DNA of 64,000 bases from the NCBI GenBank assembly GCA_964651225.1, contig CAZYYD010000003.1, positions 51,533 through 115,532 on the forward strand, given 5' to 3'. Positions within the stretch are counted from its first letter, which is position 1; the number at the start of each line of letters is the position of its first letter. Positions 1-10,593 of the stretch are shown piece by piece. The DNA comes from an uncultured Ignavibacteriaceae bacterium. GTDB lineage: Bacteria; Bacteroidota; Ignavibacteria; UBA10030. The notes beneath the pieces are model-generated. The model was not told where the DNA came from and ran no database searches. It saw only the letters and a list, made by a program, of their open reading frames with translations. Both the position numbers and the translations under genes were made by a program.

Positions 1-2513
1 TCCAATGCCTCCAATCTATTGCTTATAACCTTCTGTGGGTGTGGGATCATGAATTGATGGATCTTTTTATGCGGATGGATTTGGATTTGTGGGAATTGAC
101 GAATCATAATCCGGTTCAGATGTTAGGAATGATTAAGCAGGAGCGGTTGAACTCCCTCTCACGAGATGATGCATTCCTGGCCCAGGTAGAACGTGCATCC
201 CGCCGTTTTTCTGAATATCTCGATACGAGTTCGAGCTGGTATCACAAGACCTATCCGGAAAAGAAATCTGCTTGCATTGCCTATTTCTCAGCAGAGTTTG
301 GGCTGACGGAGTGCCTTCAGAATTATTCCGGCGGATTAGGCATTCTCTCCGGTGATCATCTGAAAGCAGCCAGCGATTTAGGACTGCCTCTGGTTGGTGT
401 GGGGCTCTTATATCAACAGGGCTATTTCCGGCAATACCTTAATGCAGATGGCTGGCAGCAAGAGCGGTATCCGGAGAATGATTTTTATGCGCTCCCGATT
501 AATCGGGTAATGGGCGACGACGGAAAACCAAAGACGATTACGGTCGATCTCACTGGGCGACAGGTGGCCGCCCAAATTTGGATCGTGCATGTTGGACGTG
601 TTAATTTGTATCTTCTCGATACCAATATTCCTCAGAACCCTCCTTCTGATCAGACCATCACCGGTCAGCTGTACGGAGGTGATCGTGAACTGCGTATAAA
701 GCAAGAAATTCTTCTCGGCATCGGCGGATACCGCGCGTTGAAAGCAATTGGATTGGAACCTGATGTCTTTCATTTGAATGAGGGTCATTCCTCGTTCCTC
801 ACATTGGAACATTGCCGCGATCTTATGCGGCAGCATCACATCAGTTTTGCCGAGGCGCGTGAAGCAACGATCGCCTGTACGGTTTTCACGACTCATACCC
901 CTGTGCCGGCAGGCAACGATTATTTTGACCCGCAGCTCATCGAGAAGTACTTCAACAAATACTACCGAGATCTCGGGCTGTCTGCGACAGAATTTCATGG
1001 ACTCGGGCGCGAAAACCCGGACAATCCTTCAGAAAGCTTTTGTATGACCATCCTTGCACTAAAGATGACCGGGCATTGCAATGGTGTCAGCAAACTTCAT
1101 GGGTCTGTATCGCGCGACATGTGGAAAAATGTCTGGCCAAACGTTCCAGTAGAAAATGTGCCGATTATTTCCATTACGAATGGTGTGCATGCACCTTCAT
1201 GGGTCAGCCGCGATATGGCAGGACTCTTTGACAGGTACGTTGGGCCCGGCTGGCGTGAAGATGCAGAACAGCAATATGGATTGTGGGGACGTGTCCATCA
1301 CATTCCGGATGAGGAACTCTGGCGCACTCATGAACGCCGAAAAGAACGCCTCGTGGCCTTTGCCCGCAATCGTCTGCGGACTCAACTCGAAGCTCGCGGC
1401 GCCATACCGTCCGAGGTAGCACAAGCGAACGAGGTTTTAAATCCGGAGATATTGACGATCGGTTTTTCACGACGGTTTGCAACATACAAGCGCTCGACGC
1501 TCCTCCTGAGAAATCCTGAACGTCTCATCAACCTTCTCAACAACAAGGAACGGCCGGTGCAGTTCCTCTTCGCCGGCAAGGCGCATCCTATGGATAACCC
1601 GGGTAAGGAACTCATTCGTCAAATCATTCATTTCGAACGTCAGCCGAATGTTCGCCGCCGAATGGTTTTCATCGAAGATTACGACATGGTTGTTGCACGC
1701 TACCTTGTTTCAGGAGTCGATGTATGGCTCAATACACCGCTGCGTCCATTGGAAGCAAGTGGAACCAGCGGTATGAAGGCAACTATGAATGGCGCTATCA
1801 ACGTCAGTATCCTCGATGGGTGGTGGGCAGAAGCGTATAATTCCTATACAGGCTGGGCCATCGGCCGCGGTGAAGATTATCAGGATAAGGACTATCAAAA
1901 CGAAGTAGAATCGAACGCTCTTTTTGATCTTCTCGAAAAGGAAATCATTCCATTGTTTTACACTCGAACAGGAGATGATCTCCCGCGTCCTTGGATTACC
2001 AAGATGAAAACCGCGATGCGGGCGATCGGACCTGAATATAACACCAACCGAATGGTGCGCCAGTATACTGAGGATCTGTATTTGCCGGCGCGTCAGCATG
2101 CTGAATCTCTTCTGGAAAACAATTTGGAGCGTACGAAACAATTAACTGCCTGGAAATTGCATATGCGCAGTCACTGGAACACTTTGAAGATTCTTGATGT
2201 TAAACTCAATACGCATGAGAGTTTCAAGGTTGGGGATGAGTGTGTTGTGCACGCATGGATGGATATGGGAAAACTTACACCGGACGATATATCCGTTGAA
2301 TTGTTCTTCGGGCCGCTCAATGCAAAAGGAGATATCAACGCTCCTCAGACATCACCGATGAAATGCATAACAACCGGAACGGAGAGCAAAAAAGAGTTTG
2401 TGGGAACAATACAACTTCAATCCAGCGGCCGCATCGGCCCTACCGTGCGCGTGATTCCCAAGCACCCGGATATCCTGAGTCCTTTCCGTGAAGGATTGAT
2501 TCTATGGGCATAA
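1..2513 (+). CDS. glgP: alpha-glucan (glycogen/maltodextrin) phosphorylase, GT35 family; 5' end cut by the window edge
   Basis: The frame stays open from base 3 upstream of the listed GTG (translation ..SIAYNLLWVWDHEL). Motifs NEGHSSF and EASGTSGMKATMNG (PLP-lysine region) are present, and 824+ aa is typical for the family. Confidence 0.9.
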   Translation, partial: QCLQSIAYNLLWVWDHELMDLFMRMDLDLWELTNHNPVQMLGMIKQERLNSLSRDDAFLAQVERASRRFSEYLDTSSSWYHKTYPEKKSACIAYFSAEFGLTECLQNYSGGLGILSGDHLKAASDLGLPLVGVGLLYQQGYFRQYLNADGWQQERYPENDFYALPINRVMGDDGKPKTITVDLTGRQVAAQIWIVHVGRVNLYLLDTNIPQNPPSDQTITGQLYGGDRELRIKQEILLGIGGYRALKAIGLEPDVFHLNEGHSSFLTLEHCRDLMRQHHISFAEAREATIACTVFTTHTPVPAGNDYFDPQLIEKYFNKYYRDLGLSATEFHGLGRENPDNPSESFCMTILALKMTGHCNGVSKLHGSVSRDMWKNVWPNVPVENVPIISITNGVHAPSWVSRDMAGLFDRYVGPGWREDAEQQYGLWGRVHHIPDEELWRTHERRKERLVAFARNRLRTQLEARGAIPSEVAQANEVLNPEILTIGFSRRFATYKRSTLLLRNPERLINLLNNKERPVQFLFAGKAHPMDNPGKELIRQIIHFERQPNVRRRMVFIEDYDMVVARYLVSGVDVWLNTPLRPLEASGTSGMKATMNGAINVSILDGWWAEAYNSYTGWAIGRGEDYQDKDYQNEVESNALFDLLEKEIIPLFYTRTGDDLPRPWITKMKTAMRAIGPEYNTNRMVRQYTEDLYLPARQHAESLLENNLERTKQLTAWKLHMRSHWNTLKILDVKLNTHESFKVGDECVVHAWMDMGKLTPDDISVELFFGPLNAKGDINAPQTSPMKCITTGTESKKEFVGTIQLQSSGRIGPTVRVIPKHPDILSPFREGLILWA

Positions 2514-2526
2514 CGTCTCGGTGCAC

Positions 2527-3327
2527 ATGAAACGATCTCTTCTCTTTTGGGTCATCGCTTTCCTCGTTACTGCCGCTTCCGCACTATATCAGCGGATGAC
2601 GGGACCAACGTATCCCGTGAGCGGAAAAGTCATCGTCGACGGCAAAGAAGTCTCCTATAGATTAAAGCGCAGCGATGAAAGCATTGCCAATCATCATGTA
2701 CAGATCAAAACAGAGGATCCGAACATTCATGGATATGTAGAGTGGAAACGGTATAAAACGAAGGACGAATGGACCCGCGTCGAAATGCGCTATGACAACG
2801 GAACATTGGAAGCGGAACTTCCGGCTCAGCCTCCGGCAGGAAAATTGCAGTATCGAGTCTATCTCCAGGATCCGCAGACAACGGTCGCAATCCCCTCAAA
2901 TGAACCGGTCATTATTCGATTTAAGGGCGTCGTTCCAACGGTCGTTTTGATTTTCCATGTGATTGTTATTTTCAGCGCGATGTTATTTTCTGCACGCACC
3001 GGTCTTGAAGCTTTCTCCCCGGCACCCCAGTACATTGGTCTTACCTCTGCGACGGTTGCATTCCTGATTGCGGGTGGATTGATCCTGGGTCCGCTTGTAC
3101 AGAAATATACATTCGATGCCTACTGGACCGGTTGGCCATTCGGCACAGATCTGACAGACAATAAAACTGTCGTATCACTTCTCAGCTGGATCGCCGCTGC
3201 TGTTGCCATGAAGAAATCAGCACACCCCAAACGCTGGATTCTTGCGGCCGCTGTCATCACTATTGTTGTCTTCTTGATTCCACACAGCGTACTTGGTTCC
3301 GAGCTGGATTATTCAACAATGAAGTAA
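2527..3327 (+). CDS. hypothetical membrane protein
   Basis: ATG at 2527, in frame with the listed 2521 GTG. N-terminal signal/TM segment MKRSLLFWVIAFLVTAASA plus several C-terminal hydrophobic helices. No family recognised. Confidence 0.6.
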   Translation: MKRSLLFWVIAFLVTAASALYQRMTGPTYPVSGKVIVDGKEVSYRLKRSDESIANHHVQIKTEDPNIHGYVEWKRYKTKDEWTRVEMRYDNGTLEAELPAQPPAGKLQYRVYLQDPQTTVAIPSNEPVIIRFKGVVPTVVLIFHVIVIFSAMLFSARTGLEAFSPAPQYIGLTSATVAFLIAGGLILGPLVQKYTFDAYWTGWPFGTDLTDNKTVVSLLSWIAAAVAMKKSAHPKRWILAAAVITIVVFLIPHSVLGSELDYSTMK

Positions 3328-3717
3328 CTGCCGTAAACTTATTTTTGAGGACACCAACATCTGTGGTTGTTTCATCAACTCGCCACTTCGGAATTTCTCA
3401 CCAGACAATACAAGCTACTGCAACGGACAATTCCTTACCGTTGTCTCACCCGCCTTGTGGAGGTTGAAGAGATTTATTCATATTATCTTTTGTTATTCAT
3501 CAACGATTGCTTTGTTAGGGAACGATGTACTCCCGATTATCGCTTCAAAACAGAATTTTCATCGTGCTGGGGACCGTCGCGATTGTCGCCTTATTCCAAC
3601 CGGCGAACGGGGATTAGGGTGAACGGATTCCGATCATCAGAACTTTCCGATATATCACCCGTATAAGGAATCGTAGTGGAAATCATTACTGACCTCAATG
3701 TGAAAGGGACAACAGCT

Positions 3718-4158
3718 ATGGATAAACACATTACACTCGTCGGCATTCTCAATCTTGCCTATCGTTCGTTAGTCATCATTGGCGGATTCGTTCTCATGGC
3801 TCTTGCGGTCGGATTCCGATACCTCATGGAATTGATCTCGCGTTCAAGCCGCCATGGCATGGAAGAAATTCCGGAAGCAGTCTTGGATATCGCACCGATT
3901 ATTTTAGGAATCATTGCCATCCTCATCATCATTGTTTCGATCGCAGGAATCATTGGAGCGATCGGTGTCATGAAAAAGAAAGAATGGGGACGTCTCCTGC
4001 TGTTAGTCGTTTCATTCTTTAATCTGCTCCACGTGCCGCTTGGAACGATCCTGGGAGTATATAGCCTCTGGGTGCTGTTGAATGACGAAACAATCCGCGA
4101 ATTCAACTCGATCATGAACGCTCTGGTCGAAAAGGCCCCCGGCAATCCTCTTCTATGA
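3718..4158 (+). CDS. hypothetical small membrane protein
   Basis: Internal ATG (MDKHITLVG..) of ORF 3676-4158 with three to four hydrophobic helices. Its stop overlaps the next start as ATGA. Confidence 0.5.
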   Translation: MDKHITLVGILNLAYRSLVIIGGFVLMALAVGFRYLMELISRSSRHGMEEIPEAVLDIAPIILGIIAILIIIVSIAGIIGAIGVMKKKEWGRLLLLVVSFFNLLHVPLGTILGVYSLWVLLNDETIREFNSIMNALVEKAPGNPLL

Positions 4159-4454
4159 TCGTTCTTGCATTAGAAAAAGAGGTTTCCGGTATTGCAGACG
4201 AACAATTCACACCGGCAATTCTTAAAAAAGAAGCTTTGCGGGCGTGGGAATTGTACCAGGAAGGAATTATCCGCGAACTCTACTTCCGTCAGGATCGCAA
4301 CGAGGCGGTACTTCTTCTCGAATGCAGCGATCTTCAAGAAGCGCATACTGCTCTTGCGACGCTGCCGCTGGTCAGCGCCGGTCTCATTGCATTCGAAGTC
4401 ATCCCGCTGAAAGCATATAACGGCTTCGCACGACTCTTTTCAGAACAGCTGTAA
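4155..4454 (+). CDS. small soluble protein, possibly muconolactone-isomerase-like alpha+beta fold
   Basis: 99-aa ORF translationally coupled (ATGA) to the upstream gene. The family assignment rests only on weak recollection. Confidence 0.4.
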   Translation: MIVLALEKEVSGIADEQFTPAILKKEALRAWELYQEGIIRELYFRQDRNEAVLLLECSDLQEAHTALATLPLVSAGLIAFEVIPLKAYNGFARLFSEQL

Positions 4455-4658
4455 ACGACTATTCCTTGAGATTAATTTGCTTCTCATTTATGGGCTCTGT
4501 ACATTATCGAAGGCGCTCCGAATTCCATCTTCTTGATCGCTGTCTTTCTCCCCATGGACTCTTGTCCTCTCGCCTCGAATTCCCCGCGCTTGTGATACCG
4601 TATAAAAGAACATCGCACTGCCGCAAAGCTTTTTCATGAAGCTGAAAGGAACCGCGTC

Positions 4659-6149
4659 ATGAATATTCTCCTCGTCAATCCAACATTTCCAGACACGTTC
4701 TGGAGTTTCAAACATGCAATGAAATTTGTCTCCAAACGGACAACCTTCCCCCCGCTCGGTCTGCTGACCGTTGCATCGTTGTTGCCGCACTCTTGGAACA
4801 AGCGACTGATCGATCTTAATGTGCAGGAATTACGCGAGATCGAACTGCGATGGGCAGATTACGTTTTCATCGGCGGCATGTCCATTCAACTCAAGTCCGT
4901 GCATGCCGTCATCGACCGCTGCAAAGCTCTCGGGAAAAAGATCGTGGCTGGAGGACCGCTGTTTACTTCGTTTCCCCATGAATTCGAACATGTTGACCAT
5001 CTCGTTTTAAATGAGGCAGAAATTACCCTTCCCCATTTTTTAGAGGATGTCAGGAACGGAACCCCCCGCCATATGTACCAAACTGACCAATGGGCAGACA
5101 TCACGACCACTCCGGTTCCTATGTGGAACCTCGTCAATCTCCAGCACTATTCTTCGATGAACATCCAGTACTCCCGGGGCTGTCCCTATGATTGTGAGTT
5201 CTGTGATATTACGGTCCTCTACGGACGGACACCGAGGACAAAAACAAAAAAGCAGGTCGTCACGGAACTAGAAGGATTGTTGGCCACAGGATGGCGGGGA
5301 GATGTCTTCATTGTCGACGATAATTTTATCGGGAATAAATCGCTGCTCAAAAAAGAAATTCTCCCGGCCATCATCGACTGGATGAAAAGCCATAACTACC
5401 CATTTGCGTTCAACACGGAAGCATCCATTAACCTTGCGGATGATGAAGAACTCATGGCGCTTATGGTACAGGCGGGCTTTAATGCGGTGTTCGTCGGTAT
5501 TGAATCGCCGAACGAGGAAAGCTTGATGGAGTGCAAGAAAAGCCCCAACAGAAATCGAAATCTCGTCGCCTCCGTTCGAAAGCTTCAACACCGCGGACTC
5601 CAAGTACAGGGAGGATTTATTGTCGGATTCGACAGCGATCCCAGTTCGATCTTTCAAACAGTGATCGACTTCATTCAGGAGAGCGGCATTGTTACGGCTA
5701 TGGTCGGTCTGCTCAACGCACCCTTCGGTACTCGCCTGTATAAGCGCATGCAAAAAGAAGGAAGACTCCTTCACGCAATGTCTGGCGACAACACTGATTT
5801 TTCTATGAACTTTATTCCCAAGATGAATTATGACCTGCTCCTGAAGGGATATCGGTCGATCCTTGAGAACGTGTATTCATCCAAACACTACTATACGCGT
5901 GTGAAACAATTCCTCCGGACGTACAATCCGCCTAAGATTCGAGTCTCTGTTATACAGTCGAATCACTTCAAAGCGTTCATTAAATCTATTATCATCCTTG
6001 GGATTCTCGACTCAGAGCGTGTGCAGTATTGGAATCTCTTCTTCTGGTCGCTTTTTACCCGCCCGCGGATGTTCCCGCTTGCTATAACATTTACCATCTA
6101 CGGATATCACTACCGGAGGATACTGGAACAATACATGGCGGGAGTATAA
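4659..6149 (+). CDS. B12-binding-domain radical SAM protein
   Basis: The N-terminus MNILLVNPTFPDTFWSF..PPLGLLTVASLLP is typical of the B12-binding radical SAM class. CxxxCxxC cluster motif YSRGCPYDCEFCDI. Confidence 0.85.
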   Translation: MNILLVNPTFPDTFWSFKHAMKFVSKRTTFPPLGLLTVASLLPHSWNKRLIDLNVQELREIELRWADYVFIGGMSIQLKSVHAVIDRCKALGKKIVAGGPLFTSFPHEFEHVDHLVLNEAEITLPHFLEDVRNGTPRHMYQTDQWADITTTPVPMWNLVNLQHYSSMNIQYSRGCPYDCEFCDITVLYGRTPRTKTKKQVVTELEGLLATGWRGDVFIVDDNFIGNKSLLKKEILPAIIDWMKSHNYPFAFNTEASINLADDEELMALMVQAGFNAVFVGIESPNEESLMECKKSPNRNRNLVASVRKLQHRGLQVQGGFIVGFDSDPSSIFQTVIDFIQESGIVTAMVGLLNAPFGTRLYKRMQKEGRLLHAMSGDNTDFSMNFIPKMNYDLLLKGYRSILENVYSSKHYYTRVKQFLRTYNPPKIRVSVIQSNHFKAFIKSIIILGILDSERVQYWNLFFWSLFTRPRMFPLAITFTIYGYHYRRILEQYMAGV

Positions 6150-6200
6150 GACGGATCACTTTTAATCGCCGGCGAGTACTGTCGGTGTCATGATCTCTCT

Positions 6201-7088
6201 TCAGGACTCCTTGGCGATCGCCATCGCTGCTTTCAACGTGTTCTTTAAGAGCATTGCTACGGTCATGAGTCCGACACCGCCGGGAACGGGAGTTATTGCT
6301 TTTGCTTTTTTCGAGGCCGATTCAAAATGCACATCACCGACGATGCGGTACCCTTTGGGTGAGGAAGGATCCTCCACACGGTTTATTCCGACATCAATCA
6401 CAACGACACCGTCTTTCAGCATTTCACCCTGAATGGCGTTCGGTTTCCCGATTGCGGCAATGAGGATATCGGCAAATTTTGTAAACCGTGTAAGATCTTC
6501 TGCACCTGTATGCGCAACGGTGACTATGGCATTGGCACCGCGCTTTTTTTGCAGCAAGATATTGGCAATCGGCTTGCCGACGATATTGCTGCGGCCAACG
6601 ATGACAACATGCTTCCCTGCCGGATCATTGCCGCTGCGAAGAAGCATTTCTTGAATTCCGTATGGCGTACAGGGCTTAAAGCAGTCCTCGCCGATCACGA
6701 GTCGCCCGACATTCGAAGGATGAAACCCATCGACATCTTTCCTTGGATCGATCGCTTCGATGACTTTTTGTTCATGGATATGTTTGGGAAGCGGAAGCTG
6801 GACAAGGATCCCATGAATTTTTGGATCATGATTCAATTCCTGGATCTTCGATAGCAGCGCAATTTCAGACATGTCCGCGGGCATGTACTCGGTGAGAGAA
6901 TAGAATCCGGCCTCTTCGCACGCTTTACCCTTCGAGCGGACGTAGGACTGTGAGGCAGGATGATCACCCACTAAAATAACGGCAAGGCCCGGTGTGATCC
7001 CCTTTGTTTCTTTCAGACGACGAGTCTCTTCTTCTACTTCGCGTTTAATCTCGTCAGCAATTCTTCTTCCGTCAATAATTTCCGCCAT
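6201..7088 (-). CDS. folD: bifunctional methylenetetrahydrofolate dehydrogenase/cyclohydrolase
   Basis: Start taken at the internal MAEIIDGRRIADEIK (Met36 of the listed ORF), just after the upstream gene's stop at 7112. Motifs GDHPASQSYV and GRSNIVGKPIANILL. Confidence 0.9.
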   Translation of the reverse strand: MAEIIDGRRIADEIKREVEEETRRLKETKGITPGLAVILVGDHPASQSYVRSKGKACEEAGFYSLTEYMPADMSEIALLSKIQELNHDPKIHGILVQLPLPKHIHEQKVIEAIDPRKDVDGFHPSNVGRLVIGEDCFKPCTPYGIQEMLLRSGNDPAGKHVVIVGRSNIVGKPIANILLQKKRGANAIVTVAHTGAEDLTRFTKFADILIAAIGKPNAIQGEMLKDGVVVIDVGINRVEDPSSPKGYRIVGDVHFESASKKAKAITPVPGGVGLMTVAMLLKNTLKAAMAIAKES

Positions 7089-7111
7089 CTCTCTTTCCTC
7101 ATCTCTGAGCA

Positions 7112-7909
7112 TCACTGAAAACTCGGGAAAATCACCTGTTCGATTTTTACTGCTTTTCCTGTCTCGACATCGACTTGAAGGAAAACCGCGCACATCCGGA
7201 CATCGTGTTCGGCCACTTCAAACTTAAATGGTGTCTGGAACAAAAACCTGCGGATAGCAACCTCCTTCTTCATCCCAATGACCGAATCGTACGGGCCGCT
7301 CATACCGACATCGGTAATATATGCGGTCCCTTTCGGCAGAATCCGTGCATCCGCCGTTGGAATATGAGTATGCGTACCAACAACTGCACTGACTCGTCCA
7401 TCGAGATGCCAGGCAAGAGCCATTTTCTCAGCCGTTGCTTCGGCATGCATATCGATGAGTACCACCTTTGTATCGTTGATGATCTTGCTTAATGCCCAAT
7501 CTGCCGCTTTAAACGGATCATCGATGGTTTGCATATAGGTTCGTCCCTGCAGGTTGATAACGCCGACACGCCCTTTTTCTTTCAAATCGTAAATGATAAA
7601 ACCGTTCCCTGGATTTTCTCTTGGATAGTTCAGCGGACGCAGGACATGACGCTCCTTTGAAAGAAGCGCCTTTGCCTGCCATCGGTCCCATAGATGATTC
7701 CCTGTTGTGATGACATGAACACCCAATTCAAACAACGCTTTTGCGTCTGCTTCATCAATCCCTTTTCCTTCTGTAACATTTTCGCCGTTGACGACGCAAA
7801 AGTCTATTTCATATTTCTGGATGTACTGCTTGAGCAGCGACGAAACAAGGATCATCCCGGGTTTACCATTGATGTCACCAATGAAAAATATATTCAGCAC
7901 TTTTGCCAC
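7112..7909 (-). CDS. YmdB-like metallophosphoesterase (2',3'-cyclic-nucleotide phosphodiesterase family)
   Basis: Motifs GDINGKPG, NGEN, TTGNH and GTHTHIPTAD. 265 aa. Confidence 0.85.
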   Translation of the reverse strand: MAKVLNIFFIGDINGKPGMILVSSLLKQYIQKYEIDFCVVNGENVTEGKGIDEADAKALFELGVHVITTGNHLWDRWQAKALLSKERHVLRPLNYPRENPGNGFIIYDLKEKGRVGVINLQGRTYMQTIDDPFKAADWALSKIINDTKVVLIDMHAEATAEKMALAWHLDGRVSAVVGTHTHIPTADARILPKGTAYITDVGMSGPYDSVIGMKKEVAIRRFLFQTPFKFEVAEHDVRMCAVFLQVDVETGKAVKIEQVIFPSFQ

Positions 7910-7986
7910 AAGAAGCCTCTCTGTGTTGTGATACGAAAACGGTGTGTAGAATAATATACAGAAAATATCAGCAGATGAAAAGTTGA

Positions 7987-9024
7987 TCAGGTGAGTCCTA
8001 ACACGTGGTCATAGACCTTCTTGGTCTTCTCGCCCACCTTCTCCCAGACAAATTCCTTCCGTATGCGTTCGCTCAGCACATTGTCTTTCTCTCTTCCGAA
8101 TGCTGTTATGATTCCCCTGGCAATCTCGTCCGCCGATCCGGGATCGACATAAACAACATCTGCTCCGAAATAATCCTCGGTACCACCGAACGGCGTGATA
8201 ACAATTTTTGCACCGGCGAGCGCGGCTTCCAGTGCGGCCAGACCCGGTGTCTCATAGTACGACGGAAGCACAAAAGCTTCACAGGCTGCATAAGCGGACG
8301 CGAGCAGCATGGAATCGTGAGACAATTCCGGCACGATGAGCAATCGATGATTCTTTTTTGCCCGTTCAAGGCACTGATATCCCGAGAGCGAATCATCAAT
8401 GGAACCGATGAGCACCGCAGGCCGGTCTACTTTTTCCAACGCTGCCAGCAGCGTAGACACATTTTTCCGATGCGGGCCGATCTGCCCGACATAGAGAAGA
8501 AAATCCCTTATTCCATATTGACGCTCGAACAAATCGGGTGTTGCTTTTGCAAATCGCTCTTCCACTCCGTTCGGAACGACAATCACATCTTTTGTCTGGA
8601 TCTTCATGCCATAGCGCATGAGATGTGCTTCCGCATTGGTATTCGGAAGAACTGCGTTTGCCCAGCCGCACATTTCGGCGATCAATCCATAATCTGTCCA
8701 GAAACCGCGAACAAATCGATTCAGAAGAGCATCAGTGCGAATGACAGAACGGACCATGCTATCTGAGCGGCGCGTATAGAACACCGGCGACACGACAAAC
8801 GGAATTTTTTGAAGCCGCAGCGCCCGCGCAAAATGATATGTTGCCATATTTGCGGAGAAGATGTGCACAAGATCGTACTGGCCCGGATCGAACTCTTTCC
8901 ACATTTCAAACAATGTCACGGTGACACCGTGCGCCTCCAGCGCAGCTTTTGTTTGCATCATTTGCGTCCGCACACCGCCTTCATGCAGTGCTACCGCCTG
9001 GTGAGTTGCAAATAATACGTGCAT
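7987..9024 (-). CDS. glycosyltransferase family 4
   Basis: C-terminal GT-B signature (..AFVLPSYYETPGLAALEAALAGAKIV..). Confidence 0.8.
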   Translation of the reverse strand: MHVLFATHQAVALHEGGVRTQMMQTKAALEAHGVTVTLFEMWKEFDPGQYDLVHIFSANMATYHFARALRLQKIPFVVSPVFYTRRSDSMVRSVIRTDALLNRFVRGFWTDYGLIAEMCGWANAVLPNTNAEAHLMRYGMKIQTKDVIVVPNGVEERFAKATPDLFERQYGIRDFLLYVGQIGPHRKNVSTLLAALEKVDRPAVLIGSIDDSLSGYQCLERAKKNHRLLIVPELSHDSMLLASAYAACEAFVLPSYYETPGLAALEAALAGAKIVITPFGGTEDYFGADVVYVDPGSADEIARGIITAFGREKDNVLSERIRKEFVWEKVGEKTKKVYDHVLGLT

Positions 9025-9033
9025 ACGGTTCCT

Positions 9034-10593
9034 CTATGGTTCGTGTTTTCGGATGAAATGGTACACTGCATCGAGACCGCGTATCAGGGGAATACGATAG
9101 TTCAATCGTCGACTCCGAAGATAATCATCCGGCATTGCCCAAGCGGCCGGCCTGGGGCTCCAGCGTACCGTTCCAAGCACAATTTGTTTTGAAGCGGGAA
9201 TGATGGCCTCGGTGCCATCCAATTGCGCAATGCGCAGGTAAAGAGATTTTTTTTCCGGCTGGACACCACGTAGATGGAGACTTCCTTTTGTGAACCGCAT
9301 GCCCGGGATTGACGTTGTACGCATCTTCCACCACCGCGCATATTCACCCATCGTTTTTGCCGGTACGCGCTCCCGGCGCATTTCCTGAAACATCCACTCC
9401 AACACCTGGAGATGTCCATCGTTCGGGTGATGATAAAACATGATGGGTTCCCGCACCCTTAATTTTCGCTGCACCACACCGGCAAAGTACCGAATCATCT
9501 GTTCTTCAGAATATCCATGCCGTTTCAGACTTCCGACGCAAATGGGATGAACCGGCAGTTGAAGAGTTCCCATGCGCTCAGGCAGCCTGGGTACTCCGGG
9601 CATGTTGTCATAATCATACGAAAACTCCGACGAATACTCAAATCCGGAATCGACAATGGCACGGGCTAGTGCTTCATTCCACCGGCCATACGGTGCGGCA
9701 AAACCTTTTGGAGAAATCTTTATATTGCGCAGAACCGCCTGCGCCTTTTGAATATTTTGAACATTACGGTCGTAGTCCGCAAACGTTTGATGCTTAAAAC
9801 AATGAACACCGATTTCCTGACCGTCCATTGCCGAGAATTGGTTCATCGAGGATTGATGGCTCTGAACATCAACAAACCATGTTGCCGATATGCCGCTTTG
9901 ATGAACAACATCGGAAATACCTTTAATCTGCACCTCTGTTCCATAATCAGTATCGACACGAAAACAGAAAATAGAACGAGCCCCATAAGGAAAGTACCAC
10001 AGATGTGCAAAGGGAAGACCACGGCGGTGATGTAAGAGCTCAAGACATTGAGCGACCAGTGCCCGAATTTCACCTTTGGACACCAACGAAACAGTCTCAA
10101 AGGGAAGTCTGCGTTCCGGAGAGTAAAACGACTTTGCCGCTGAACGTTGATCCAGAACCAATGCTGCCGGGTTAAAGGGTAATGCAATGACCCTGTCAGC
10201 TTCATGTGTCCCCACATGTGCGGCAATACTTCCGCGATTCGTCTTCAGATCATTGGCGTTCCATGCAATCTGGCATCGTGCGTGGATATCTATGATTCCT
10301 GCCGAATGGAACACTGAATCATGAGGAGGATAGAGATAATCAATATGTACAACCTGGGCGGTCGTCTGACGGATACGTGCATAGACTTTTGCTGAAGAGA
10401 GAACCGCTCCCCCAAGCGTCAGGTATTGGCGCAGCATTTCAGATTCACGGTCGTCGACATCATCACTGACCACGACAACACTATATTCATCCGGATGCAG
10501 CGAATCTGCAACGACCGCATGCGGTACGCCGATCTGCTGAAGCAGCAGCTGCCATCCTGAAGCATCTCCAAGAATTCCAATTTTTAAATTCAT
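9034..10593 (-). CDS. polysaccharide-deacetylase-like (NodB/CE4-type) protein
   Basis: The central region FRVDTDYG .. GVHCFKH .. FAAPYGRW resembles CE4 metal-binding and catalytic motifs. It sits inside a glycosyltransferase/flippase block. Confidence 0.55.
   Translation of the reverse strand: MNLKIGILGDASGWQLLLQQIGVPHAVVADSLHPDEYSVVVVSDDVDDRESEMLRQYLTLGGAVLSSAKVYARIRQTTAQVVHIDYLYPPHDSVFHSAGIIDIHARCQIAWNANDLKTNRGSIAAHVGTHEADRVIALPFNPAALVLDQRSAAKSFYSPERRLPFETVSLVSKGEIRALVAQCLELLHHRRGLPFAHLWYFPYGARSIFCFRVDTDYGTEVQIKGISDVVHQSGISATWFVDVQSHQSSMNQFSAMDGQEIGVHCFKHQTFADYDRNVQNIQKAQAVLRNIKISPKGFAAPYGRWNEALARAIVDSGFEYSSEFSYDYDNMPGVPRLPERMGTLQLPVHPICVGSLKRHGYSEEQMIRYFAGVVQRKLRVREPIMFYHHPNDGHLQVLEWMFQEMRRERVPAKTMGEYARWWKMRTTSIPGMRFTKGSLHLRGVQPEKKSLYLRIAQLDGTEAIIPASKQIVLGTVRWSPRPAAWAMPDDYLRSRRLNYRIPLIRGLDAVYHFIRKHEP

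Noticed and set aside
3367-3666. A 99-aa ORF in the 350-bp gap before the small membrane protein gene.
   Set aside because: It has no recognisable family, no RBS and an implausible composition. A 30-codon signal-peptide-like mini-ORF (ATG at 3525) in another frame is equally unsupported. The region is left as intergenic.
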